Shown here: positions 25,780-33,812 of the stretch, in pieces
How positions within the stretch are numbered: position 1 is the stretch's first letter
How the letters are laid out: each line of letters opens with the position of its first letter
Source: Candidatus Poribacteria bacterium
GTDB lineage: Bacteria; Poribacteria; WGA-4E; WGA-3G
Assembly: GCA_022821725.1 (NCBI GenBank)
Contig: JAJEDB010000018.1
Span: 30,467 to 94,466, forward strand
Direction: 5' to 3'
DNA length: 64,000 nt
Position numbers and translations under genes: made by a program
The notes under the pieces: generated by a model
Database searches by the model: none
The model's input: the letters and a program-made list of their open reading frames with translations, nothing else
What the model was told of the DNA's origin: nothing

Positions 25780-26865
25780 CTAAATCTCCGGCACTCTCAC
25801 CGCAACCTCTTTCCCCACGGCATGCGATCGGAAAATACCGTCCATAATCACATTCGTGAGGAGGACACCCTCCGGCGGTATCGGCGAGGGTGCGTCCGCT
25901 TTGACGGCTTCACGGAAGGCTATCATTTGTGCTGCCCAGTTATCTTCCTCTGGGAATCCTGAGAACCGGATCGTCGTCATGCCTTCCGGCGGATTCGGTT
26001 CTCCTGTTAATCCCTCTGATTCCACAAACTTCTTGAGATCCCCCGCATACGCATCGGCGTAGATAACCGGTCCACTCAACGAGAACCCCGCCTTCGTCCC
26101 AAGATGGAAGTTGCCACCGAGTGAATCCTGATGCACTGCCCAAGAGATTTTGAACACCATCACACCGCCGTTTTCAAACCGCACCCACGCCGCACCGAAC
26201 TCTTCAACGTCCATGATACCCCGGAACCTCGGATCTTGCTGTGAGATATAATCCTCAGTAATAGCGGAAACCCGCACAGGTTTCGGATACCCCATCGCAT
26301 ACAGTGAAGCGTGCATGTTATAGACACCGATATCGACGGTCGCACCCGCACCCGCGGTTTTTTTGTAGATGAACGTATGTCCAGGGTTCCCGCGTCGCCT
26401 GCACCCCGCAGATTCGGAATAGTAGATGTCCCCGAATAATCCCGCATCGAACGCCTTTCTGAGGAATTGGAGTCTCGGACTAAACGTCGGATTGAGACCG
26501 ATCTGTAATATCTTGCCTGATGCCTTTGCTGCGCGGGTCATCGCCGTCGCATCGGGAAGCGTCGCTGCCATCGGTTTTTCACAGAGGACGTGTTTCCCGG
26601 CGTTCAGTGCCGCGACTGTCGGTCGTCGGTGCCCCTGATTGTAAGTGCAGACGCTCACCGCGTCGAGGTCGTCCATTTCGAGCATCTTGTTGTAACTTGA
26701 AAACGCGTTCTTTTTCGGGACACCCCACTCTTCAGCAGCTTGGTTCGCCTTACTTTTGATAATGTCGCACACCGCGACGATTTCAAAACCACCGACTTTC
26801 TCATAAGTGCTCTGGTGGGCACGTGAAATGCCACCTGTGCCAATAATACCGACTCGGACCGTCAT
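25780..26865 (-). CDS. Gfo/Idh/MocA family oxidoreductase (paralog 1)
   Basis: MTVRVGIIGTGGISRAH (Rossmann fold), EKPMA. ATG 26865 with GGAG upstream gives 361 aa, the same length as the neighbouring paralog. Confidence 0.9.
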   Translation of the reverse strand: MTVRVGIIGTGGISRAHQSTYEKVGGFEIVAVCDIIKSKANQAAEEWGVPKKNAFSSYNKMLEMDDLDAVSVCTYNQGHRRPTVAALNAGKHVLCEKPMAATLPDATAMTRAAKASGKILQIGLNPTFSPRLQFLRKAFDAGLFGDIYYSESAGCRRRGNPGHTFIYKKTAGAGATVDIGVYNMHASLYAMGYPKPVRVSAITEDYISQQDPRFRGIMDVEEFGAAWVRFENGGVMVFKISWAVHQDSLGGNFHLGTKAGFSLSGPVIYADAYAGDLKKFVESEGLTGEPNPPEGMTTIRFSGFPEEDNWAAQMIAFREAVKADAPSPIPPEGVLLTNVIMDGIFRSHAVGKEVAVRVPEI

Positions 26866-26902
26866 AGTGTTCTCTCCTTCTAACAAATTCACCGAATTAA
26901 AC

Positions 26903-27988
26903 TTAAAGCGCCGGCACGCGCACCGCGACCTCTTTCCCCGATTCCTGTGATCGGAAGATACCGTCCATAATTACGTTTGTAAGGAGGACACCCTCCGGCG
27001 GTATCGGCGACGGGGCATCCGCTAAGACGGCTTCTCGGAACGCGGTTATCTGTGCCTCCCAGACATCGACCTCTGGAAATCCTGAGAATTGGATCGTCGT
27101 CATCCCTTCTGGTGGGTTCGGTGCTGCCGTCAATCCTTCCGATGCCACCAGTTTCTTGAGATCATCTGTATACGCATCGGCATAGACAGCCGGTCCATCC
27201 AACGAGATACCCATTTCTTTACCGAGACAGAAGCTCGGACCGAGCGAATCCTGATGAATCGCCCAAGAGATTTTGAACACCATCACGCTCCCATCTTCAA
27301 ACCTGATCCATGCCACACCGAACTCTTCGACATCCATGATACCCCGGAATTGCGGATCCTGCTGTGAGATGTAATCCTCGGTAATGGCGGAAACTCTCAC
27401 CGGTTTCGGGTACCCCATCGCATACAGTGAATTGTGCATGTTATAGACACCGATGTCTACAATCGCACCCGCCCCTGCTGTCTTTTTATAGATGAACGTG
27501 CGTCCCGGATTCCCGCGGCGTCTGCCCCCCGAGGACTCGGAATAGTAGATATCCCCGAGCAATCCTTCATCGATGACCTTCTTAGCGAATTGGAGTCTCG
27601 GATTGAATGTGCTATGGAGACCGATCTGCAAAATTTTGCCCGACGCTTTCGCTGCACGGGTCATCGCGGTCGCATCAGGAAGGTTTGCCGCCATCGGTTT
27701 TTCACAGAAAACGTGTTTGCCAGCGTTCAGTGCCGCAACCGTTGGACGGCGATGTCCTTGGTTATAGGTACAAACACTCACGGTATCGATCTCATCCATT
27801 TCGAGCATCTTATTGTAGCTGGAGAAGACGTGTTTTCTGGGAACACCCCACTGATCGGCTTTTTCGTTCGCTTTACTTTTGATGATGTCGCACACCGCGA
27901 CGATCTCAAAACCGCCCACTCTCTCGTAGGCTCTCTGATGTGCCCGTGAAATACCGCCTGTGCCAACAATACCGACTCGGATAGTCAT
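26903..27988 (-). CDS. Gfo/Idh/MocA family oxidoreductase (paralog 2)
   Basis: MTIRVGIVGTGGISRAH. Colinear with and highly similar to 25780..26865 along its whole length. Confidence 0.9.
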   Translation of the reverse strand: MTIRVGIVGTGGISRAHQRAYERVGGFEIVAVCDIIKSKANEKADQWGVPRKHVFSSYNKMLEMDEIDTVSVCTYNQGHRRPTVAALNAGKHVFCEKPMAANLPDATAMTRAAKASGKILQIGLHSTFNPRLQFAKKVIDEGLLGDIYYSESSGGRRRGNPGRTFIYKKTAGAGAIVDIGVYNMHNSLYAMGYPKPVRVSAITEDYISQQDPQFRGIMDVEEFGVAWIRFEDGSVMVFKISWAIHQDSLGPSFCLGKEMGISLDGPAVYADAYTDDLKKLVASEGLTAAPNPPEGMTTIQFSGFPEVDVWEAQITAFREAVLADAPSPIPPEGVLLTNVIMDGIFRSQESGKEVAVRVPAL

Positions 27989-28145
27989 ATTCTGTTCTCC
28001 TCGTAATCAGGATTGAATTGCTAAATGAGTTTAGACGAAATCGGTTTGCAATGCAAGCGAAAAATGTGATATACTTCAGGGACATACGAACAATGGGATT
28101 TTGATGGTTTGGTGTTAAGCCCTGTCAAAGAAGGAGATTTTGAAA

Positions 28146-28883
28146 ATGAGGCATCAAGACGAGTGGACCGATGCACAGTGGCACCAAATGGCACAGGCAC
28201 ACGAACTTCAGCGACAGCGACTTCTACAGACCCCCGCACTCCACACCGCTGTCGGGATGTCCTCAGGGACATTCTTTGCCATCTGCGAACTTATCAAAGC
28301 CAGTCACGAAGAACCCGAACACTACGAAACGAACCTGCCTTACTTTTTTTGCCACGGCGACATCGCAACAGATATCCACACGTATCGCCAGCAATACCCA
28401 CATCTTTTTCAAAGTGTGGGGTATGGCGGTGGCGGTTTGATCAAACCGGGGATGACTCGGTGGCAACTTTCTTGGTGTGGGCGGTCTTTTTTTAAGGAAT
28501 ATCCCTATCAGATAGATATTTCTTGGGTTGACGAGAAACTACAAACCCATCTCGATTGTACATGGGATGCATGGATTCAGGGTGTCCCGATGTATATTTT
28601 CGGAACGCTCACCTGCGAGGTCGAAACATACAACACCTTAACGGCAACCTCGTGTTTTATCTATGGTGTGGAAGAAAATCCGCACGAGGCATTTGATCTT
28701 GACGCACACGAAATACCGACAGGACCGAATTTTCAGTTGAAGACAGGGGAGATCGTTGAGGACGGAAAAGAGTATCCCGTCAACTTCAATATAGAGGGTG
28801 ACGCGGGGTTCTATGAGCCGTACAGCGAGATTGATATTATAGACGGATTCATGGGATTGGACGGCACGATCCACAGCCGATAG
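28146..28883 (+). CDS. Hypothetical protein
   Basis: 245-aa ORF with coding-like composition. ATG 28146 lies 9 nt after AGGAG. I recognise no motif. Confidence 0.5.
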   Translation: MRHQDEWTDAQWHQMAQAHELQRQRLLQTPALHTAVGMSSGTFFAICELIKASHEEPEHYETNLPYFFCHGDIATDIHTYRQQYPHLFQSVGYGGGGLIKPGMTRWQLSWCGRSFFKEYPYQIDISWVDEKLQTHLDCTWDAWIQGVPMYIFGTLTCEVETYNTLTATSCFIYGVEENPHEAFDLDAHEIPTGPNFQLKTGEIVEDGKEYPVNFNIEGDAGFYEPYSEIDIIDGFMGLDGTIHSR

Positions 28884-29117
28884 CTGTGCTCGCGATTTTC
28901 TTTTAATGTCCAAAAGTTATAAAATAGGGCTTCCGCAGGATGCTCTTTTGTAGCATAACCTGTTAGGTTGGGTTCTCCCTGAGAACGTCTGTGTTTTTCT
29001 ACACTTCATCCACTAAAGGCGCGTCCTATCGCCAAAATTGCGTCCGTCCTGTAAAACTTAACTATCTTTTGCAACACTATCAAACTGGATCTACCAAAAA
29101 TTAATCCTCTGATAAAT

Positions 29118-29147
29118 TTGACATGTATTTGTATGTTGTGATATACT
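29118..29147 (+). promoter_or_regulatory. Sigma70-like promoter TTGACA-N18-TATACT upstream of dndC
   Basis: Read directly, 72 nt upstream of ATG 29219. Confidence 0.4.
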
Positions 29148-29218
29148 TCTCGTATCAGCGACGAAAGCCAAGCGTTATATTTCCCATATATCCGTCTTCA
29201 TGAGAAGGAACCAGATTT

Positions 29219-30622
29219 ATGGCAGAGACACCCTACAGTATCTTCGACTCACGCACCCCAGACGATATCCATCGCGAAATTCAAGAAGTCTACCTTGAAA
29301 ACGCGCGCCCTTGGGTTATCGGATACAGCGGTGGAAAAGATTCAACGACGGCCCTTCAGCTTATCTGGTATGCCCTCGCTGAACTTCCGCCAGAAAAACG
29401 AAAATACCCAGTCTACGTGATTTCATCCGATACCCTTGTTGAAACGCCGGTAATTGTTAGTTACATTACTGGGACCTTAGACCAAATTGAAGCGAAAGCA
29501 CGCGAAGAAAAAATGCCGTTTCAGACAGACATCGTCCGTCCTAAAGTTGATGATACCTTTTGGGTTAATCTCATTGGCAGGGGTTATCCTGCCCCCTACA
29601 CTCGCTTCAGGTGGTGCACTGACAGGATGAAAATCCGACCAGCGAATCAATTTATCTTAGATAGGGTTGCTGAACACGGTGAAGTTATTATGGTTCTCGG
29701 AGTTCGGAAAGGTGAAAGCACAACGCGTGATCAAGTTCTAAGTTTGCACCGCATGAAAAATTCACTCCTTTCACGACATACGACACTGCCGAATGCTTTT
29801 GTTTATACGCCTGTAGTCGATTTTACTACAGATGATGTCTGGATGTACCTGTTATCCGCAGCATCGCCATGGGGTGGTGATAATAAGCAATTGCTAACGC
29901 TCTACCGCAACACGAACGCACAAGGTGAATGTCCACTTGTCGTTGATGAAACGACGCCTTCTTGTGGAAATAGTCGCTTTGGATGTTGGACCTGCACTGT
30001 CGTCACAAAAGACAAGGCGATGGAGGGACTTATTGATAACGGGGAGGACTGGATGATACCGCTGCTTGAGTTCCGAGATTTTCTCGCGAAAACCCAAAAT
30101 CCTGAGAAGAAACCTGAAATTCGAGAACATCGGCGACGGAACGGACAGATTACGATCCTCAACAATAAACTTGTCCACGGTCCCTATAAACTGGATTTTT
30201 GCAAGGAACTTTTAAGAAGGCTTCTCACGACCCAACAGCAAGTTCGAGAAGCGGGGCCTGACTCGAATATCAAACTCATTACGGATGATGAACTTGAGGA
30301 AATCCGTAAAATCTGGCGAACTGAACGTCAAGATTGGGAAGATGCTGTCCCACAGATTTACGCAGAGATTATTGAAGACCGCGACTGGATCGTTGATGAT
30401 GCTACTTCTTTTACAGAGAAGGATAAAGATATCTTGGCAGCGGTCTGCAGCGAAAAGGGGATCCCTGTCACCCTTGTGGCAAAATTACTCGATACAGAAC
30501 GACAAATGGATGGGATGAGTCGGCGTGCGGGGATACAGTCCCGAATTGACGAAATCTTCCATGAAGACTGGCGTTCAGAACAAGAAGTTCGCTCCGGGCT
30601 GGATAACCCTAATCAACAATGA
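29219..30622 (+). CDS. dndC: DNA phosphorothioation protein DndC (PAPS-reductase-like PP-loop ATPase)
   Basis: WVIGYSGGKDSTTALQLIW (PP-loop SGGKDS), RFRWCTDRMKIRP, VLGVRKGES and SCGNSRFGCWTCTVV (Cys cluster) are all characteristic of DndC. Confidence 0.9.
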   Translation: MAETPYSIFDSRTPDDIHREIQEVYLENARPWVIGYSGGKDSTTALQLIWYALAELPPEKRKYPVYVISSDTLVETPVIVSYITGTLDQIEAKAREEKMPFQTDIVRPKVDDTFWVNLIGRGYPAPYTRFRWCTDRMKIRPANQFILDRVAEHGEVIMVLGVRKGESTTRDQVLSLHRMKNSLLSRHTTLPNAFVYTPVVDFTTDDVWMYLLSAASPWGGDNKQLLTLYRNTNAQGECPLVVDETTPSCGNSRFGCWTCTVVTKDKAMEGLIDNGEDWMIPLLEFRDFLAKTQNPEKKPEIREHRRRNGQITILNNKLVHGPYKLDFCKELLRRLLTTQQQVREAGPDSNIKLITDDELEEIRKIWRTERQDWEDAVPQIYAEIIEDRDWIVDDATSFTEKDKDILAAVCSEKGIPVTLVAKLLDTERQMDGMSRRAGIQSRIDEIFHEDWRSEQEVRSGLDNPNQQ

Positions 30623-30771
30623 TTCTCCACAAACTCACCCTTAACAATGTAGGCTTGTTTCGTGACACACAAACTATCCACCTCACACCGATGCAAAATC
30701 CATTAGTAGCAACTTGGGTTAAAGACTATTCTCTGAATCTGTTTTCGCGGTGCCATGCTAATGCTGCCTGA
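30619..30771 (+). pseudogene. dndD: dndD 5' stub (about 25 native codons, then unrelated sequence)
   Basis: ATGA overlap with the dndC stop. MILHKLTLNNVGLFRDTQTIHLTP resembles the DndD/SMC-like ATPase N-terminus, but it is never followed by the Walker A. Homology ends near 30690-30700, where the 27-nt repeat and the convergent HNH gene begin. Confidence 0.6.
30695..30721 (-). repeat. 27-nt sequence, inverted partner of 9456-9482
   Basis: The reverse complement is TAACCCAAGTTGCTACTAATGGATTTT. It lies immediately 3' of the HNH gene stop, at the dndD break point. Confidence 0.85.
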
Positions 30772-31679
30772 GCTGGATAATGTTCTTTGTTCTCTGGTAC
30801 CAGAATTTTCTTATCCTTCAGTGTCCTAAACTTCCATTCTGAAGGTCCCTTTTCCACCATCAAATCAGAAACTATTATTTTGTAGGTATTCGTAAAAGAG
30901 ATCAACCCTCTGTCAAATCCCCAATGATGGAATTGGCACAGCGAAATTCCATTTCGGACATCGTTATTTCCTGAAATGTTGAATGGAATGATGTGGGCCG
31001 CTTCAGCTACACTTTCGCCATCCAGTGTTAGAACATACGATTGACAAACTGCGCAAGTGTAATCGTAAATTCGCATGATTGCTTGGCGGAAACCTGCTGT
31101 CCGAATTGGATTGTCCGTTTCTGTGAGTGCCAAGGGTTGTAGAGATGAAAATGTTTGTTTGACTTGCTGCAGCAGGGTCTGTCTGTACTCATCAATCTGC
31201 TGTTCTTCAGCTATAAGACTTTCGATATCTGCTTTGAAATCTATGAAATAGGTATCTATAAGGGTTTGGCGGATTACCTCTCGATCATGGGTATTAGTAA
31301 GTAGGAGGAAAAGTTCATCGTCAAAACTGGCATACGCAACAATTTCGCGAAGCCGAGAAACCGTTTTTATTTGCGTGGTAACCCTTAATGCTGTTTCGTA
31401 TCCAGCGTTCGAATGGTGATGCCAGAATCCTTCACTTTTCAAATGGAAAAACGGTAAGGCAAGATTAGGTCTGCGGTCGGTCAATATTGACCAATATTTC
31501 ATAAAAATTTCAAACAAGTTCGGAGAAGGCAGGATTTTATTTTCGAGAATTTGTCCTTGCTCAATCAATTCAATGAGTGCTAATAAAAGGATAGGTTTAT
31601 TAGGAGCTGCACCGTGTGCTCTGTCTACACGCAAGTTTCTGAACTTATTCACATATTTGAGCAGAATATTGCTGACCAT
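30726..31679 (-). CDS. HNH_2-type endonuclease with ~200-aa N-terminal putative DNA/modification-reading domain
   Basis: C-terminus: FRQAIMRIYDYTCAVCQ..AEAAHIIPF..NGISLCQFHHWGFDRGLI. N-terminus: KFRNLRVDRAHGAAPNKPILLLALIELIEQGQ. I use ATG 31679; the ORF-track start at 31748 is TTG and overlaps the upstream gene. Confidence 0.8.
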   Translation of the reverse strand: MVSNILLKYVNKFRNLRVDRAHGAAPNKPILLLALIELIEQGQILENKILPSPNLFEIFMKYWSILTDRRPNLALPFFHLKSEGFWHHHSNAGYETALRVTTQIKTVSRLREIVAYASFDDELFLLLTNTHDREVIRQTLIDTYFIDFKADIESLIAEEQQIDEYRQTLLQQVKQTFSSLQPLALTETDNPIRTAGFRQAIMRIYDYTCAVCQSYVLTLDGESVAEAAHIIPFNISGNNDVRNGISLCQFHHWGFDRGLISFTNTYKIIVSDLMVEKGPSEWKFRTLKDKKILVPENKEHYPAQAALAWHRENRFRE

Positions 31680-31707
31680 GTTTTTAGTGATACTATGGAA
31701 ATATAGG

Positions 31708-32982
31708 TTACAACACTTTTTTGGGCAATTCAACCTTTTCCGTTTCAATGCCTATTGCCTTGGCATAATCCTCACGTAATTTATCTGCATCTTTTTGAAA
31801 ATGATTTAACATATAGAGTTGCAAATTTTTAACGAGCGTTTTACCTTTTATTAACATCTTTTTTTGTGTAGGATGCCAGATGACCCCATGATAAGGCGTT
31901 TGAGTCAGATCTGTAGGTAATTTTGAAATCATCCTGAAACACGTGGATAATGGATACTTCAGCACGAGTTCCGCGATGATTTCTGTTAGGATTTTCAATC
32001 CTATGGGACGGAAAAGGATACTACCGCCCTCTGGATGTCTATACTTCTTGACAATTGTTGAATTGTCAGACATGTTGACGAATTCTTGTAGTGGTAAAAA
32101 ACTCTCTGTAAGTCGCTTAAAATAATCACAAGCATTTTGGTAATGTTCGTCAAGAATGTGATCCGGTTGACGCACTTTTGTGAGTTCATCTTTTCTATCT
32201 GCAAGTCCTTTTTTATTTGATATGACGTATGTTCTCGTAAATAATATTTTCAACAAATCATAGAGATTTCCGATCGTGGTAAGGCAAGTTTGGTTACCCT
32301 GTGGGACATTATCAGTTACATTGTTTAAGATTCGATTCTCCATAAACATTGGATTTTCCGTAACCAGTCTCCGGGCAGTAATGGCCATTGTATCATCTTC
32401 ATCAAGAGCGATTGTCTCTCCTTTGGAAACCCGGACAGCGTTTTTGTTCAATGTTGTGAAAAGTCTTCGGGTTCTTTCCATTCCGTCCGGATCAGTCCTA
32501 TGAGCAATAAAGATTATTGACAACTCATCTTCACCCAAGTGAGGTGCTTCTGCCACTGCTTCTTTAATTCCTATGAGACGGTGTTGTCCATCCAGTGTGA
32601 ATAGTTTTTCTTCACCATTCAAACTAAGAATTCCGATTCCAGCAACCACATCTTCCGGAAATTCTTCACTATCCAATTGATTATTACCCTCTATTCGAGT
32701 AATCTCATGCCAGTTGGGATCGCCTTGATAGACTGCTACAATCAGTGAATTGAAAAAGCGTTGTTCCTGTTTGAGAAGATAGTCTTTTATTTCTTCACCG
32801 CGATTTTCTTTTATTTCTCGCTGGACCATTTCACTCAAGGTTTTACTTTGGTAAATCTCTTCAGCAATCTTGACCCTTTCAGCGATGTCTTTAAGTTTCA
32901 TGAGCGTAGGGTAATATACCCAATCACCCATGATGCCTCTTAGCGACGGAAGATATAATTTTTTCATATCTTGATATACCAT
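31708..32982 (-). CDS. DGQHR-domain protein (DndB/ParB-like family)
   Basis: Literal motif KLFTLDGQHRLIGIKEA. N-terminus SLRGIMGDWVYYPTLMKLKDIAERV is DndB-like. ATG 32982 has AGGAG 5 nt upstream. Confidence 0.85.
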   Translation of the reverse strand: MVYQDMKKLYLPSLRGIMGDWVYYPTLMKLKDIAERVKIAEEIYQSKTLSEMVQREIKENRGEEIKDYLLKQEQRFFNSLIVAVYQGDPNWHEITRIEGNNQLDSEEFPEDVVAGIGILSLNGEEKLFTLDGQHRLIGIKEAVAEAPHLGEDELSIIFIAHRTDPDGMERTRRLFTTLNKNAVRVSKGETIALDEDDTMAITARRLVTENPMFMENRILNNVTDNVPQGNQTCLTTIGNLYDLLKILFTRTYVISNKKGLADRKDELTKVRQPDHILDEHYQNACDYFKRLTESFLPLQEFVNMSDNSTIVKKYRHPEGGSILFRPIGLKILTEIIAELVLKYPLSTCFRMISKLPTDLTQTPYHGVIWHPTQKKMLIKGKTLVKNLQLYMLNHFQKDADKLREDYAKAIGIETEKVELPKKVL

Positions 32983-33010
32983 AACATCTCCTGGCACGGT
33001 TTAAGAGGTA

Positions 33011-33039
33011 AGTTTAACACATTCCACAAAAAAAGTCAA
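33011..33039 (-). promoter_or_regulatory. Sigma70-like promoter TTGACT-N17-TAAACT for the DGQHR-HNH pair
   Basis: Read on the minus strand, about 30 nt upstream of the DGQHR start. Confidence 0.45.
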
Positions 33040-33177
33040 ATTTTCGCCTGATTCTTTCAAAATATAGACCCATAAGACATAATCCAAATCATGTTGAGGT
33101 GAACCCTGACGAAAACAACCGCCCAGCGAGATTGATACGAGACTTCACCAAAACTATTGAACACACCAAAGATACCG

Positions 33178-33230
33178 AAATCCGCGAAATCTGTAAAATC
33201 CGTGTCAATCCGCGATTCAGACAATTAACA
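33178..33230 (+). repeat. ATCCGYG...ATTCAGACAATTAACA repeat family copy
   Basis: AAATCCGCGAAATCTGTAAAATCCGTGTCAATCCGCGATTCAGACAATTAACA. Confidence 0.75.
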
Positions 33231-33268
33231 GAATATTTACATACCCAGAAGAAAAGTCAATTTTTTGT

Positions 33269-33297
33269 TTGACAAATTTCTGAAAAAAATGTAAAAT
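33269..33297 (+). promoter_or_regulatory. Near-consensus sigma70 promoter TTGACA-N17-TAAAAT
   Basis: Read directly. No credible ORF follows for about 500 nt. Confidence 0.55.
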
Positions 33298-33303
33298 AAA
33301 CAT

Positions 33304-33653
33304 ACTGTGAGTGCGATGAAGCATTTCTCAGATACCCAAACGCGATGGATGCGATTAACGCCCTCGCTGCTAAGTTCACTATCGCAACGGCTTCTCTAAG
33401 GGGTAAAGACCATGAACCGTAAGGGTCAAGATGTGAATATTCTTAACACGCCAATGAAACCCGTGCAGCACTGCTGTCTCTGGCCGACAGTGCAAGGTGT
33501 CTTGGTCCGCTGTGTAGTTGCTGTTTCAGGCACTCTGCGGGGTAAACGACACCGCTCTACCCCCCCCCTTATATTTACACACGTTAAGTATAAAATCTCG
33601 CAACCTATTTTACGCAGTTGCGTCAGTGTTTACCGCTGCCGCTGTTTTTTCGC
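33304..33653 (+). ncRNA. Candidate non-coding transcript or long structured leader (class unknown)
   Basis: Bounded by the promoter at 33269-33297 and the terminator at 33654-33690. Several local hairpins are present (GGGGTA..TACCCC, ACGCA-GT-TGCGT). The only long ORFs are Cys/Arg-rich and run through the terminator stem. Confidence 0.3.
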
Positions 33654-33690
33654 GCCTGCGCGTGCATCGCACGCTGCGGGCTGTTTTTGT
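33654..33690 (+). terminator. Rho-independent terminator
   Basis: GCCTGCGCGTGC-ATC-GCACGCTGCGGGC forms a 12-bp stem with one G-U pair and one bulge, followed by TGTTTTTGT. Confidence 0.55.
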
Positions 33691-33812
33691 TAGCATATTG
33701 AGATGTTCCGATAAATGTAAATTGTTGAATATTGGTCATAGTGTTCCTACGTGAGGTTTAACACCCTAAACCTCTTAAACTATTATCTCATGTAATAGGA
33801 GGATCTTTTTAA

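Noticed and set aside
9456-30721. Interpreting the 21-kb segment between the inverted 27-nt copies as a composite transposon or genomic island
   Set aside because: The interval is mostly ordinary housekeeping genes of host-like composition (purC, ABC transporter, CoA-transferase, oxidoreductases). No transposase sits at either end. The repeat pair is reported as an observation only.
33412-33693. 93-aa ORF (plus the overlapping 78-aa ORF 33518..33754) in the large gap after the DGQHR gene
   Set aside because: Its composition is Cys/Arg-rich and unlike the other proteins here. The reading frame runs straight through the terminator stem-loop, and I recognise no motif. I treat the region as a candidate ncRNA or leader instead. 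One caveat: AAGGGG lies 9 nt before its ATG, so a small protein cannot be fully excluded.
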